Made by a program: the position numbers and the translations under genes | The notes under the pieces: model-generated | Database searches by the model: none | The model's input: only the letters and a program-made list of their open reading frames with translations | What the model was told of the DNA's origin: nothing | Origin: Macrostomum lignano | Taxonomy: Eukaryota | Assembly: GCA_002269645.1 (NCBI GenBank) | Contig: NIVC01000300.1 | Location: forward strand, 62,001-126,000 | Direction: 5' to 3' | Length of the DNA: 64,000 nucleotides | Shown here: piece after piece, positions 11,401-25,000 of the stretch | How positions within the stretch are numbered: position 1 is the first letter of the stretch | Layout of the letters: each line of letters opens with the position of its first letter

Positions 11401-14400
11401 AGTATGTTATAGAGCAGTATGTTATAGAGCAGTATGTTATAGAGCAGTATGTTATAGAGCAGTATGTTATAGAGCAGTATGTTATAGAGCAGTATGTGAT
11501 AACATACTGTATGTTATAGAGCAGTATGTTATAGAGCAGTATGTTATAGAGCAGTATGTTATAGAGCAGATTTCTAGACTTCTTTTTATTATTTGCTTTC
11601 TTCGCCACCTTCTTCTTTGACTCTTTCTTTCAACTTCTTAGAATCCTTCTGGGCCCGCCGCTCCGCCGTGATGGACTTGACGCGCTGAGCCTTCGCTCGA
11701 TTTTGGCGGCGCGCCTGGCCAGCCGCCCCCCCCCCCCAGATCTTCATTGCGTCCATTTCGGGCTGTCCTTGGCGTCCAGCTCTTCCAGGTCGTCCACCGC
11801 CTTGCCGAAGCTCCTCACCAGCTTGTCGAGATCAGCCTGAGGGCGGGGGCGGAAAATCCAGCATCACCGATGGGGCACCAAATCGGCACTTCTTGTGCTG
11901 CTCAATAGCAACTAATCTGAGGAGGAATACTCAAGCAGTGAGAGATCAAACACCAAAAATTGATGACTTTTATCGGTAATATTTGTTCTTGGTTACATAG
12001 GGAGTTTCAGCCACTGACGCCAAGGCGACAGCCAAGGCGACAGCCAAGGCGACAGCCAAGGCGACAGCCAAGGCGACAGCCAAGGCGACAGCCAAGGCGA
12101 CAGCCAAGGCGACAGCCAAGGCGACAGCCAAGGCGACAGCCAAGGCGACAGCCAAGGCGACAGCCAAGGCGACAGCCAAGGCGACAGCCAAGGCGACAGC
12201 CAAGGCGACAGCCAAGGCGACAGCCAAGGCGACAGCCAAGGCGACAGCCAAGGCGACAGCCAAGGCGACAGCCAAGGCGACAGCCAAGGCGACAGCCAAG
12301 GCGACAGCCAAGGCGACAGCCAAGGCGACAGCCAAGGCGACAGCCAAGGCGACAGCCAAGGCGACAGCCAAGGCGACAGCCAAGGCGACAGCCAAGGCGA
12401 CAGCCAAGGCGACAGCCAAGGCGACAGCCAAGGCGACAGCCAAGGCGACAGCCAAGGCGACAGCCAAGGCGACAGCCAAGGCGACAGCCAAGGCGACAGC
12501 CAAGGCGACAGCCAAGGCGACAGCCAAGGCGACAGCCAAGGCGACAGCCAAGGCGACAGCCAAGGCGACAGCCAAGGCGACAGCCAAGGCGACAGCCAAG
12601 GCGACAGCCAAGGCGACAGCCAAGGCGACAGCCAAGGCGACAGCCAAGGCGACAGCCAAGGCGACAGCCAAGGCGACAGCCAAGGCGACAGCCAAGGCGA
12701 CAGCCAAGGCGACAGCCAAGGCGACAGCCAAGGCGACAGCCAAGGCGACAGCCAAGGCGACAGCCAAGGCGACAGCCAAGGCGACAGCCAAGGCGACAGC
12801 CAAGGCGACAGCCAAGGCGACAGCCAAGGCGACAGCCAAGGCGACAGCCAAGGCGACAGCCAAGGCGACAGCCAAGGCGACAGCCAAGGCGACAGCCAAG
12901 GCGACAGCCAAGGCGACAGCCAAGGCGACAGCCAAGGCGACAGCCAAGGCGACAGCCAAGGCGACAGCCAAGGCGACAGCCAAGGCGACAGCCAAGGCGA
13001 CAGCCAAGGCGACAGCCAAGGCGACAGCCAAGGCGACAGCCAAGGCGACAGCCAAGGCGACAGCCAAGGCGACAGCCAAGGCGACAGCCAAGGCGACAGC
13101 CAAGGCGACAGCCAAGGCGACAGCCAAGGCGACAGCCAAGGCGACAGCCAAGGCGACAGCCAAGGCGACAGCCAAGGCGACAGCCAAGGCGACAGCCAAG
13201 GCGACAGCCAAGGCGACAGCCAAGGCGACAGCCAAGGCGACAGCCAAGGCGACAGCCAAGGCGACAGCCAAGGCGACAGCCAAGGCGACAGCCAAGGCGA
13301 CAGCCAAGGCGACAGCCAAGGCGACAGCCAAGGCGACAGCCAAGGCGACAGCCAAGGCGACAGCCAAGGCGACAGCCAAGGCGACAGCCAAGGCGACAGC
13401 CAAGGCGACAGCCAAGGCGACAGCCAAGGCGACAGCCAAGGCGACAGCCAAGGCGACAGCCAAGGCGACAGCCAAGGCGACAGCCAAGGCGACAGCCAAG
13501 GCGACAGCCAAGGCGACAGCCAAGGCGACAGCCAAGGCGACAGCCAAGGCGACAGCCAAGGCGACAGCCAAGGCGACAGCCAAGGCGACACACACACAAC
13601 CTTTGCAACAGTGCATCACTTCATCAATAGGTACTATTGGCCTTAGTTCCGTTCTCTATAAACATTTTTTAAATCCTGAGCATATCGATCATAAACGATG
13701 GCGGTCGTGAATGGCGAGTTTGACAAATAAAACCAGAGGCAGTTTCGATACTCAGATCAGGGCAGTAAAAAATTCACTTGAGCTCTTGGCGAGCACTGGG
13801 TTGGAATCTGTGGTCAGGTTTTTTCGTGACTTTTATGAGCGCACAGCCGGGGCCAGAAGCGCTTCAGACTCGGATTTAATCAGCACAGGCCGAGTCACGA
13901 ACAGCCTTAACGAACCGGAGCCGAATTCTAGCTTAGAAATACAAGCGTAAATTTAACTGTAGCTCTACACTGTTGCTGAGGTCTACTTGAGGTCTTTCTA
14001 GGAAAAATGAAAAATTCGAAGGGAGTGCGGAACTCGGATGGCTCCATTCTCACCTGGAGACAGGATTTGGTTCAAGCCGAGTTGAGCTGGTTGGCCACGG
14101 CAATGGACTTCAGTCAGTCCAACTTGAGCTGGTTGGCCACGGCAATGGACTTCAGTCAGTCCAACTTGAGCTGGTTGGCCACGGCAATGGACTTCAGTCA
14201 GTCCAACTTGAGCTGGTTGGCCACGGCAATGGACTTCAGTCAGTCCAACTTGAGCTGGTGCAGCTTCGGATTGCTGCACTGGTGCACCGAGGTCGCATGG
14301 GCGATGGCGTTGCGAACTCGCGACAGGAAGGCAGCCTTGGCCAGCGGGTGGAGCTTGACCAACGGCCGTCCATGCGGAACGCGAATCAGGCCAGGTCCTT

Positions 14401-15671
14401 GGCTGCACCGAATGTGTACTCAGGATAAAAAGCGATCTCAAAGCAACTACAAGGTCAGGATAAAAAGGTCGCGACACGTCCAGCTCCTTGGCCACGGCGA
14501 CAATGAAGCGCCGGATGTACTCGAAATCTGACGAGTCAATGACGAAGGCCACGTCAGTCCGCTTGCTGCAGGAGCGCGAGCACCGGGCCGACCCCGTCCA
14601 CAAGATGTCATCGCAGCCGTTGCGCTTGTTCACCCGCTGCTCGAACACCTTGATGGGCACGAACTTGCCGTTAAAGAGAGCTGTCTTCTTAAGGAGCTCC
14701 ATAATGCGCTGGACCTTATTGCAGATAAGAGACTTGTGCTCGAACTTAAACAGAGAGTCTTGTGAACGAGTCTCGTGTGAAAGCACATTTAAGTAGTTCT
14801 TACATCTGCAGACACTTTGTGGACGCTGCGTTATTCAATGTTCAATGAACTTTTGTGCGAATTCTGCACCAATCATTATATTGCGATTGTGTTCCGAAGT
14901 ATACAACAGAAACTGCACGGCTACTGTAGTTAATGCTACAATGTAAACAACAGTAGCAGCGAGCAAAGACCGGCCTTGCTAAATCGACTCATCCAACTCG
15001 TATTTCAGGAGATCAGCTTACAAAAGTACATACCCATTGTTTCACTAAGAAACTAACGTGAAGCACTACTCACTACAAACAGCTAATTTACCAACGTACA
15101 GTAAATGCAAAGAGCAGCAATGTTCCACTTCTGAAAACAGCACCCGACAAGCTAAAACTTTCATCCCTGATTCGGAACTGAGCACCCACTCACCGCATCG
15201 CATGGACTTCGTCGTGGTCTTCGGCTTGCAACTGGCGCCCTCCGGATCTGAGCCAGAGCGCACCTGCGTGAAGGTGGTGGTGGTGACCGTCCGCCTGTAC
15301 TGAACGCAGCGACTCTCCACCACCTTGTCGGGAGGACAGGCGCACCTGACTCGGGAGTCCTTGAACTTTGCCCGGCAGATGCCGGTCTTCTTGTCCAGAG
15401 TGTACACGGCCTGGGTCACGGTTTTGTACATCTTCACGCAGGGGCCCTCCTTTAGCTCGGGCTTGGGGCAGGCGCAGCGAATCCGCTTGAAGTCCGGCCG
15501 GACCGTCTTTGTGCAGCGGAAGCTCTCCGACGCGTACTCGACCCGGCTGATGGACTTGTAGGCACCGGTGCATTCGCTGTACACAAGGTAGGGGTGCGGG
15601 CACACTGCGGGATGGGCGGGTTCGGCTTACTGACTAACTAACTGACTAACTAACTAACTAACTGACTGAAC

Positions 15672-15729
<58 letters not shown>

Positions 15730-15739
15730 GTGACTGAAC

Positions 15740-15793
<54 letters not shown>

Positions 15794-15803
15794 GTGACTG
15801 AAC

Positions 15804-15848
<45 letters not shown>

Positions 15849-15917
15849 GAAAACTAACTAACTAAACAACTAACTAACTAACTAACTAACTAGCTAACTA
15901 ACTAACTAACTAACTAT

Positions 15918-15949
<32 letters not shown>

Positions 15950-15973
15950 CTAACTAACTAACTAACTAACTAT

Positions 15974-16010
<37 letters not shown>

Positions 16011-19000
16011 CAACTAACTAAATGACTAGCTAGCTAACTCACTCGGACGCTCGCAGTGGAAAGACAGCACCCGGGAGACCAGGCCGTGGATGTCCTGGAA
16101 GTCGCGCAGACCGAAGATGAAGACGCGACCCTCCGGACCGGCCAGCTTTTCCAGGCTGCGCCGGCTCTCGCCCTTCCCGATCTGGTCGCCTAAGGCGATG
16201 GTGACGAAGAAAACGCCGCGCTCTCGCAGCTTCTCGGCCTCAAAGTACTGGTCCACCTCGCCGTTGGTGTCCGTGCCGTCAGTCAGCAGGATGGTGACCC
16301 GCGGCACGTCCCGGCGCATTCCTGCTCTCCGGCGCCACATCCGGGTGCGCACTACATGCAGCGCCTCGCCAAGGAAGGTTAAGCCAGGCTGGTACTGGAT
16401 AGCCGCAATCTTTTTTTGAATGTCCTCGTGGCTGTGCCGCTGCCAGCTGTCGAGGTCCATGACGATGTCAGCGCGGTGGTTGAAGCGGATGACTCCGACC
16501 CGGTGCCGGGCGCCTGTGCGCAGGTAGAACTGCTGCACCACGTCGCGCACGAAGCTTTTCATCAAGAAGAAATTGTGCTCAGTGACGGTCAGCGAAGAGT
16601 CCAGCATGAAGACCACGTCGGCTTTCTCGATGCAGACTTTTGGGATGGCGGAGTTTGAGTTCGATTGCTGAGCATCACTGATGGACCAGGGAATAGGGAG
16701 CCGACTCACGAGTGACCCAGAAGGATGAGTGCAATAAAACTAAGTTTGAAAACCAGGAAGCGTGGTAAAAAACCCGTTGAAAGACTAGAAAGTGTGGTAA
16801 AACCCACCAAAAAACTAGAAAGTGTGGTAAAACCCACCAAAAGACTAGAAAGTGTGGTAAAACTCACTGAAAGACTAGAAAATGTGGTAAAACCCACCAA
16901 AAGACTAGAAAGTGTGGTAAAACTCACTGAAAGACTAGAAAGTGTGGTAGTGTGGTAAAACTCACCAAAAGACTAGAAAATGTGGTAAAACTCACCAAAA
17001 GACTAGAAAGTGTGGTAAAACTCCCCAAAAGACTAGAAAGTGTGGTAAAACTCCCCAAAAGACTAGAAAATGTGGTAAAACTCACCAAAAGACTAGAAAG
17101 TGTGGTAAAACTCCCCAAAAGACTAGAAAGTGTGGTAAAACTCCCCAAAAGACTAGAAAGTGTGGTAAAACTCACTAAAAGACTCAAAAGTGTGGTAAAA
17201 CATACTAAAAGACTAGGTAGTGTGGTAAAAACCCACCCAAAGACTTTGAAGTGTGGTAAAAACCCACCAAAAGACTAGAAAGTGTGGTAAAACCCACCAA
17301 AAGACTAGAAAGTGTGGTAAAACCCTCCAAAAGACTAGAAAGTGTGGTAAAACCCACCAAAAGACTAGAAAGTGTGGTAAAACCCACCAAAAGACTAGAA
17401 AGTGTGGTTAAACCCACTAGAACACTAGAAAGTGTGGTAAAACCCACCAAAAGACTAGAAAGTGTGGTAAAACTCACCAAAAGACTAGAAAATGTGGTAA
17501 AACTCACCAAAAGATTAGAAAGTGTGGTAAAACTCACTAAAAGACTAGAAAGTGTGGTAAAACACACTAAAAGACTCAAAAGTGTGGTAAAACATACTAA
17601 AAGACTAGGTAGTGTGGTAAAAACCCACCCAAAGATTAGGAAGTATGGTAAAACCCACCCAAAGACTAGGAAGTGTGGTAAAACCCACCCAAAGACTAGG
17701 AAGTGTGGTAAAACCCACCCAAAGACTAGGAAGTGTGGTAAAACCCACCCAAAGACTAGGAAGTGTGGTAAAACCCACCCAAAGACTAGGAAGTGTGGTA
17801 AAACCCACCGAAATGCAAAGAAGCAGATCTGGAAACAGCCCAATGTACTCATTAGCTACTCAAATTAAAGCAAAACTTTGCAGCAACCAGCAAAGAAAAG
17901 GTAATTAACCAAGATGGTAAAAGTTGCTGTCTCGCTACCCCGGTCAGACCCAGGGCAGGGTTGAGTCTAATGACCCAATTAAGCATGGACCATGGAAGAC
18001 TCCATCAGACAGGAGTCGTCTGCCTATCGCGAGTCTCGTGTTGAGTTTGAGACAGAATGTTTGTATCCGGTATACCATGCCATCACTCCAGGCCATTAGC
18101 CGTCTCGTTGCCTTATCATGCACTTCTCCAATACCGTTTGAGAGGCAGCTTATAACCGACATCCTCGGGATTAGCCGCAGGGGAAGGGGTGGGGAGGCGG
18201 CTCGTCACCCGACACGGTTCGGCTCAACGATGCGAGAGCTACGGCGTTGCAGAGTGGGCAGAGCCTTCTGCGAGAGTTGCGTCAGATGCTCGCACAGCGC
18301 CATCCGAGCCTGACAACAGCAGCCTCCTCACTCGAATCCAAATCGATGAGGTGGAGCAGCGGGGCTGATCGATGCCGGTTGAGGCCGCCGCCTCTCGCCG
18401 CCTCCCCCTCCCTCTCTCGCCTAAAACTGTCAATCAAAAGTGCGCCAGGCCGTTCTGGATTCATGGCTCTACTTTTGCATTAAAAATCAGATGGGAGTCG
18501 AGCGAAGCGAGTGTGCGATCGGCCGATTAATACTTAGAATTTCATTATCAAGCAAGACAATCCGCCTTAGAACTGCCGCTCAAATGCAAATGCATAACCG
18601 CATACCGTTATGATAACCTGAGCAGATGGAAATTGCTCTTTCACCTAGCTTATGCAAATAGAAGTCCACTTCAGCCCCCGACCCCAGGTCAAAAAATTCT
18701 ATATTTCTTTTGAACCCGCAAAAGTTCGTCTTACTAGTACCCACAACCAACTCATCTGAAACCCACAACCAACTCGTCTGAAACCCACAAGCAACTCATC
18801 CGAAACCCACAACCAACTCATCTGAAATCCACAAGCAACTCATCTGAAACCCACAAGCAACTCATCCGAAACCCACAGCCCTCGGCTCACCACATTTCAG
18901 ACCTCAAACCCAAGCAGCCCAAGCGGTTTCCCCAGAGAAGTCAACAAAACCCTGCGACTCACTCGGAGCGCGCGGGCACTCGCTGGGGTGCACGCAGGCG

Positions 19001-22000
19001 CCCTTGTGCAGCAGGAAGTAGGGCTGGCAAACGCAGCCGGGAGCCGGGTCTTTCGGGCAGCGGGCCAGCCGCACTGGTTCGGCGCAGGTGCGCGGACAAC
19101 CGGAAGCTCTCACCCGGAAGTACTGGCGCGGGCCGCAGGACATGGGATCGTGGCATCGATGCTTGTAATAGTAGCGATTGCCCGAGCACACTGCTCAGCG
19201 GGATGGGAACAATGAGCTGTGAACTTTGCCTTTGTGCACTGTCGCAACTCAAAGTGACAGTCAACTCACTCACTCACTCACTCATTCACTCACTCAAACA
19301 TTCACTCACTCACTCACTCACTCACTCACTCACTCATTCACTCACTCACTCACTCACTCACTCATTCACTCACTCACTCTGCACTCACTCACTCATTCAC
19401 TCACTCACTCACTCACTCACTCATTCACTCACTCACTCTGCACTCACTCACTCACTCACTCACTCATTCACTCACTCACTCACTCACTCACTCACTCACT
19501 CACTCACTCACTCACTCACTCATTCACTCACTCACTCCCTCACTCACTCACTCACTCACTCACTCACTCACTCAATCACTCACTCTTTTTGCAGCCGCCT
19601 TCCTTGGTCCGCTTGAAGCCGGGGTCGCAGCCGGTCCTGTAGCATTTCCGATCGCGCCTGAGCTCGTAGCCCTTGGGACAGGAGTCGCCTGCGGATTTAA
19701 TAATGAGTCAGTTATCAAAAAGTAAGTCATCAATGAGACAATAAAAGGACCAGCCTTACTCGTACCTCTCTTGCAGACGTCCCTGAACAGTACCTGACCA
19801 TCCGGACAGAGCTTTGGAACAACAGGTCTGCACCGCCCGTTGAAATATTCGAATTCTGGTGGACAATCGACTAAAAAAACAAAAGTATTTTTTCGACTTT
19901 ATATTACGAGGGGTGATCAAAAAGTTCTGCAACCTTTTGTTATAGCTTTTAGTTATAGAATCGGCAAAAGCCAAAAACTTACACATATGCGGCTATATCT
20001 GTTTGCTATATTTATATGCATTTTTGGCTTCCAAATGTGCTCCAGTCAAATTTCACAGCCATATATTTTTCATGTGTTTTCAGTAGCTGATGGAAACATC
20101 AAAAGACAGTGTTCGCTTCTATATCTTTATGTGCATGCAACTTGGTTGCAAAGTGACTGAGATTCATACCGATCCGGTGAATGTTTTAGCTAACTCTGCT
20201 CCATCATTTGACACGGTTGCCCGCTGGCTGCGCCATTTCTTGGAAGGCTGGGACAGCTTCAACGATGAACCGAGGTCTGGCCGACCCCGGACATCCGTGA
20301 CCGAAGATGTCGTGGCCCATGCCGATGCAATAATTTGTGAGGATTGGAGCACTATGCTGAGATTCATTGCCTATGAGCTTGGTATCAGTTATGGAAGTGC
20401 TCATAACATCATGCATGAGCAACTAGGCCGCACAAAGACCTGCGCTCGGTGGGTACCCCATCTTCTCACTCCGAAGCAGCAAGCAGAGAGGGTGCGCATC
20501 TGTCGCTTGTGGCTGCAAACGTTTGAGCCCCACAGCCCACGAAGACTGTTGGATTTCATCACAGGAGACAAATGTTGGATCTCCTTCTTTTACCATGAAA
20601 GATAAGCAGTCCAACATGGTCTGGCTGGCAGAAGATGAGCCAAAGCCTGAGGTGCTGAAGACCGGATTCCGCAGTCGGAAGCGGATGTTCACCATTTTTT
20701 TTAACTCTCAGGGTTGTTTATCGGTGAACATCCTTCCAGCGGGTGCCACAGTGACTGCCAGGTACTACACAGACACTGTTCTGCCAGGCGTGCTGCAGGA
20801 GCGGCAGGAACGTGCGCGAACCAGGCATGGACCACAACTCCTGCTGCACCATGACAATGCGGCACCGCACAGAGCGGCCTCAACCATGGCGTACCTGGAG
20901 CAGCAGGGGGTCCGGCTGCTGCCCCATCCACCCTACTCTCCAGACCTAGCACCTTGCGACTTTTGGCTGTTCCCGAGGATCAAATCCGTCATTTCTGGGA
21001 GGCCGTTTTCACGCATGCAAGACCTTGCCCAAGCGGTACATTCAGCTCTACAGGATATACCAACTTCGGAGTACCATGACTGCTTTCAGACATGGTGCAC
21101 ACGCATGCGACAGTGCATAGATAGTGGTGGAAAGTACTTTGAGGGAATGTGACACTGATTAGACGCCTCGGCTGCTGTAGCACAGAGTTGTGAGGTCACT
21201 TGCTGAACTTTTTGATCACCCCTCGTAAAGGCATGATATACATTATTTATCTTTAGAAACTTAATAGGATGCAACTGTATAATGTCAATCTGTCAAGCTA
21301 TCAATCTGTCAATCTATCAATCAGTCAATCTGTCGATCTGTCAATCTGTCAATCAGTTAATCTGTCAATCAGTCAATCAGTTAATCCGTCAATCAGTCAA
21401 TCTATCAATCTGTCAATATATCAATCTATCAATCTGCCAATCTATCAATATATCAATCTATCAATCTGTCAATCTATCAATCTATCAATCTGTCAATCTG
21501 TCAATATATCAATATATCAATCTGTCAATATATCAATCTGTCAATATATCAATCTGTCAATATATCAATCTATCAATCTGTCAATATATCAATCTATCAA
21601 TCTGCCAATCTATCAATATATCAATCTATCAATCTGTCAATCTATCAATCTATCAATCTGTCAATCTGTCAATATATCAATATATCAATCTGTCAATATA
21701 TCAATCTGTCAATATATCAATCTGTCAATATATCAATCTGTCAATATATCAATCTGTCAATATATCAATCTATCAATCTGCCAATCTATCAATCTTGTCA
21801 ATCTGTTAATCTATCAATCTGTCAATATATCAATCTGTCAATATATCAATCTATCAATCTGCCAATCTATCAATCTTGTCAATATACCAATCTATCAATC
21901 TTGTCAGTCTGTTAATCTATCAGTCTGTCAATCTATCAATCTTGTCAATATACCAATCTATCAATCTTGTCAATCTGTTAATCTATCAATCTGTCAATAT

Positions 22001-25000
22001 ATCAATCTGTCAATATATCAATCTATCAATCTGTCAATATACCAATCTATCAATCTTGTCAATCTATCAGCATTAGTCTGAATAATGGGCAAGCTTTTGC
22101 CTTCCCAATTAGTCTCGCAGCTTCTCAGCTCACCTCTCTGACACTCGCAGGCCGCTTTATTTAGCGCCATCCCGGGGCGGCACCGCATGCTGCAGTCGCA
22201 GCGGCAGTCCTCAGCCGCCTGGGCGAAGTTCGGGCCCGGGCACTTTGACTTGCACTCTGAAATTTTGAGGCTGTCTTCGATGATTTTTACCTAACTCTCA
22301 CCCGAAACAAAACCCTAACCCTCACGCGCACACTAACCCAAACCCAAACCCAAACCCAAAACTCAAACCCAAACCCAAACCCAAACCCAAAACTGCAACC
22401 TAAACGCAAACGCAAACGCAAACCCAAACCCAAAACCGTAATCTAAACCCAAACCCAAATCCAAACCCAAACCCAAATCCAAACCCAAAACCGTAACCCC
22501 CCTAAACCCAAACCGAAACACAAACCGTAACCTAAACCCAAACCCAAACCCAAACCCAAACCTAAAACTGTAACCTAAACCCAAACTCAAACCCAAACCC
22601 AAACCTAAAACTGTAACCTAAATCCAAACCCAAACCCAAACCCAAAACCGTAACCTAAACCCAAACCCAAACCAGAACCTAAACCCAAACCCAAACCCAA
22701 AACCCTAACCTAAACTCAAACCCAAACCCAAACCCAAACCCAAACCCTAACCTAAACCTAGGTTATAACTCCAGGTTAACCTAGATGACTGCATGCTGAG
22801 ACCTCCAGGAGCCGCAGTCAAACTCCCAGTAACACACTGGGGCGAGGCCAATGATGTATGTTGAGTTGAGTTCACAGCAAAGAAAAGAGCTGCTCACCGC
22901 ACCGACACCTGGCGGCGTTGAGTTTCTTGCCAGCCGGACAGGCCTTCCGGCACACCTTCGACCGCGACGGCTTCAGCGTCACGTGACGCGGCACGCAGCG
23001 ACACGGCCGAACGAGGATCTGCGACTCCGGGCAAGACTTGACGCAGTCACGTGACACGGCCACGTCCGGGGTGCAGGCGCAGGGGAACACCAGCAGGAAG
23101 CCCCGCGGACAGCGGCGTTGGCAGCCAGGCTTTACTGTGGAATTGGAGAGGGGGAGAACGCGCGACTGATGGCACTGATAGCGATTTAGTCATGTGACTG
23201 ATGGCACTGATAGCGATTTAGTCACGCGACTGATGGCACTGATAGCGATTTAGTCACGTGACTGATGGCACTGATAGCGATTTAGTCACGTGACTGATGG
23301 CACTGATAGCGATTTAGTCACGTGACTGATGGCACTGATAGCGATTTAGTCACGTGACTGATGGCACTGATAGCGATTTAGTCATGTGACTGATGGCACT
23401 GATAGCGATTTAGTCACGTGACTGATGGCACTGATAGCGATTTAGTCACGTGACTGATGGCACTGATAGCGATTTAGTCACGTGACTGATGGCACTGATA
23501 GCGATTTAGTCACGTGACTGATGGCACTGATAGCGATTTAGTCATGTGACTGATGGCACTGATAGCGATTTAGTCACGTGACTGATGGCACTGATAGCGA
23601 TTTAGTCACGTGACTGATGGCACTGATAGCGATTTAGTCACGTGACTGATGGCACTGATAGCGATTTAGTCACGTGACTGATGGCACTGATAGCGATTTA
23701 GTCACGTGACTGATAGCACTGATAGCGATTTAGTCACGTGACTGATGGCACTGATAGCGATTTAGTCACGTGACTGATAGCACTGATAGCGATTTAGTCA
23801 CGTGACTGACGGCACTGATAGCGATTTAGTCACGTGACTGATGGCACTGATAGCGATTTAGTCACGTGACTGATAGCCCACAACGATCAACATGCCAACG
23901 CTCATGACCAATGCTGACACGCTCATGACCAATGCTGACATGCTCATGACCAATGCTGACACGCTCATGACCAGCGCTCACCGGGCACGCAAACTCCAGC
24001 AATCAGCCGCAGTCCCCCGCTGCAGTTCCTCCTATCGCTTGCCGTCCCGCCCGAAGCTCCTCGGAGGTCGCCGCCGTCGCAGAGGACGCCGATGACTTGC
24101 CGGCTGACTTTGCCGAGGTCCTCGAAGCCGCTGACCAGCGAAACTCGCCTCGGATCTCCGGCCAACAGCGCCAGTCTGGCGCGGGACACCTCGGCGCCGA
24201 TTCCGATGGCGAGGACGCTGGCGCCGGTGGCGCCGCCCCGGAGGCGCCGGGACTCGGCCACGGCGTCGACGCGACCGTTCGCGCGGCCGTCGGTCAGCAG
24301 CACGACGACGGGTAGGGCGTCGGAGCGGCGGCCGTTGTCGCGACGAAAGCCGAGCTCGCGGATGAGCTGGAAGGCCTCCCCTGTGGCCGTCTTGCCGGAC
24401 TTGAAGCTGGGAAGCGGAAAAGAAGGTCTTCATCAATAATATTTGCCTTGGTATCGTAAGCAAGCTTATTTATTTTTATTGTCGATATCATATAGTCAAA
24501 TTCGACATCAGTTATCGATTTTCAATACTTATTCAATACTTATCAAAAATCAATTATTGATTTTAAATGATAATTATCGATTTTACATATCAACTTATAC
24601 TTTCGATACCAATGATTGCTGTTTGATACTTATTATCGATTATCGATATCAATTATTGATTTTTAATATCAGTTATCGAATTTCGATATTAAATAATGAT
24701 TTTCAATAACAGTTTTTGATATCCGAAATCAATTAGCAATTTTAGTAACAAATATATATTTTCAATATTAATTATCGATTTTCAATATTAGGTATCGATT
24801 TCCGATATCAATCAATTATTTTTTATATCAGTTACCGATTTCCGGTGTCAAATATAAATAGTAGATATCAGTTATCGATTTTCGATATCAATTATCGTTA
24901 CTAGATATTAATTATGGATTTTCGATATCAGATATCGATGTTCCATTTCTACTGATAACTTACTATTAACTATTGAATGATTTAATTAGTTATCCATTAA

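Noticed and set aside
11960-13630. 530-556 aa ORFs on both strands
   Set aside because: Translations of a stop-free 12-bp array inside an intron.
17924-18483. Overlapping short ORFs in intron 8
   Set aside because: No domain signal and no splice sites that fit the gene model.
21269-22081. Ser/Ile/Gln/Asn-rich ORFs
   Set aside because: Low-complexity TCAA repeat.
22310-22760. True chromosome end
   Set aside because: Internal to an intron and mostly non-canonical units.
16765-23875. CRISPR-like arrays (30- and 32-bp units)
   Set aside because: Head-to-tail repeats without unique spacers, no cas genes, eukaryotic introns.
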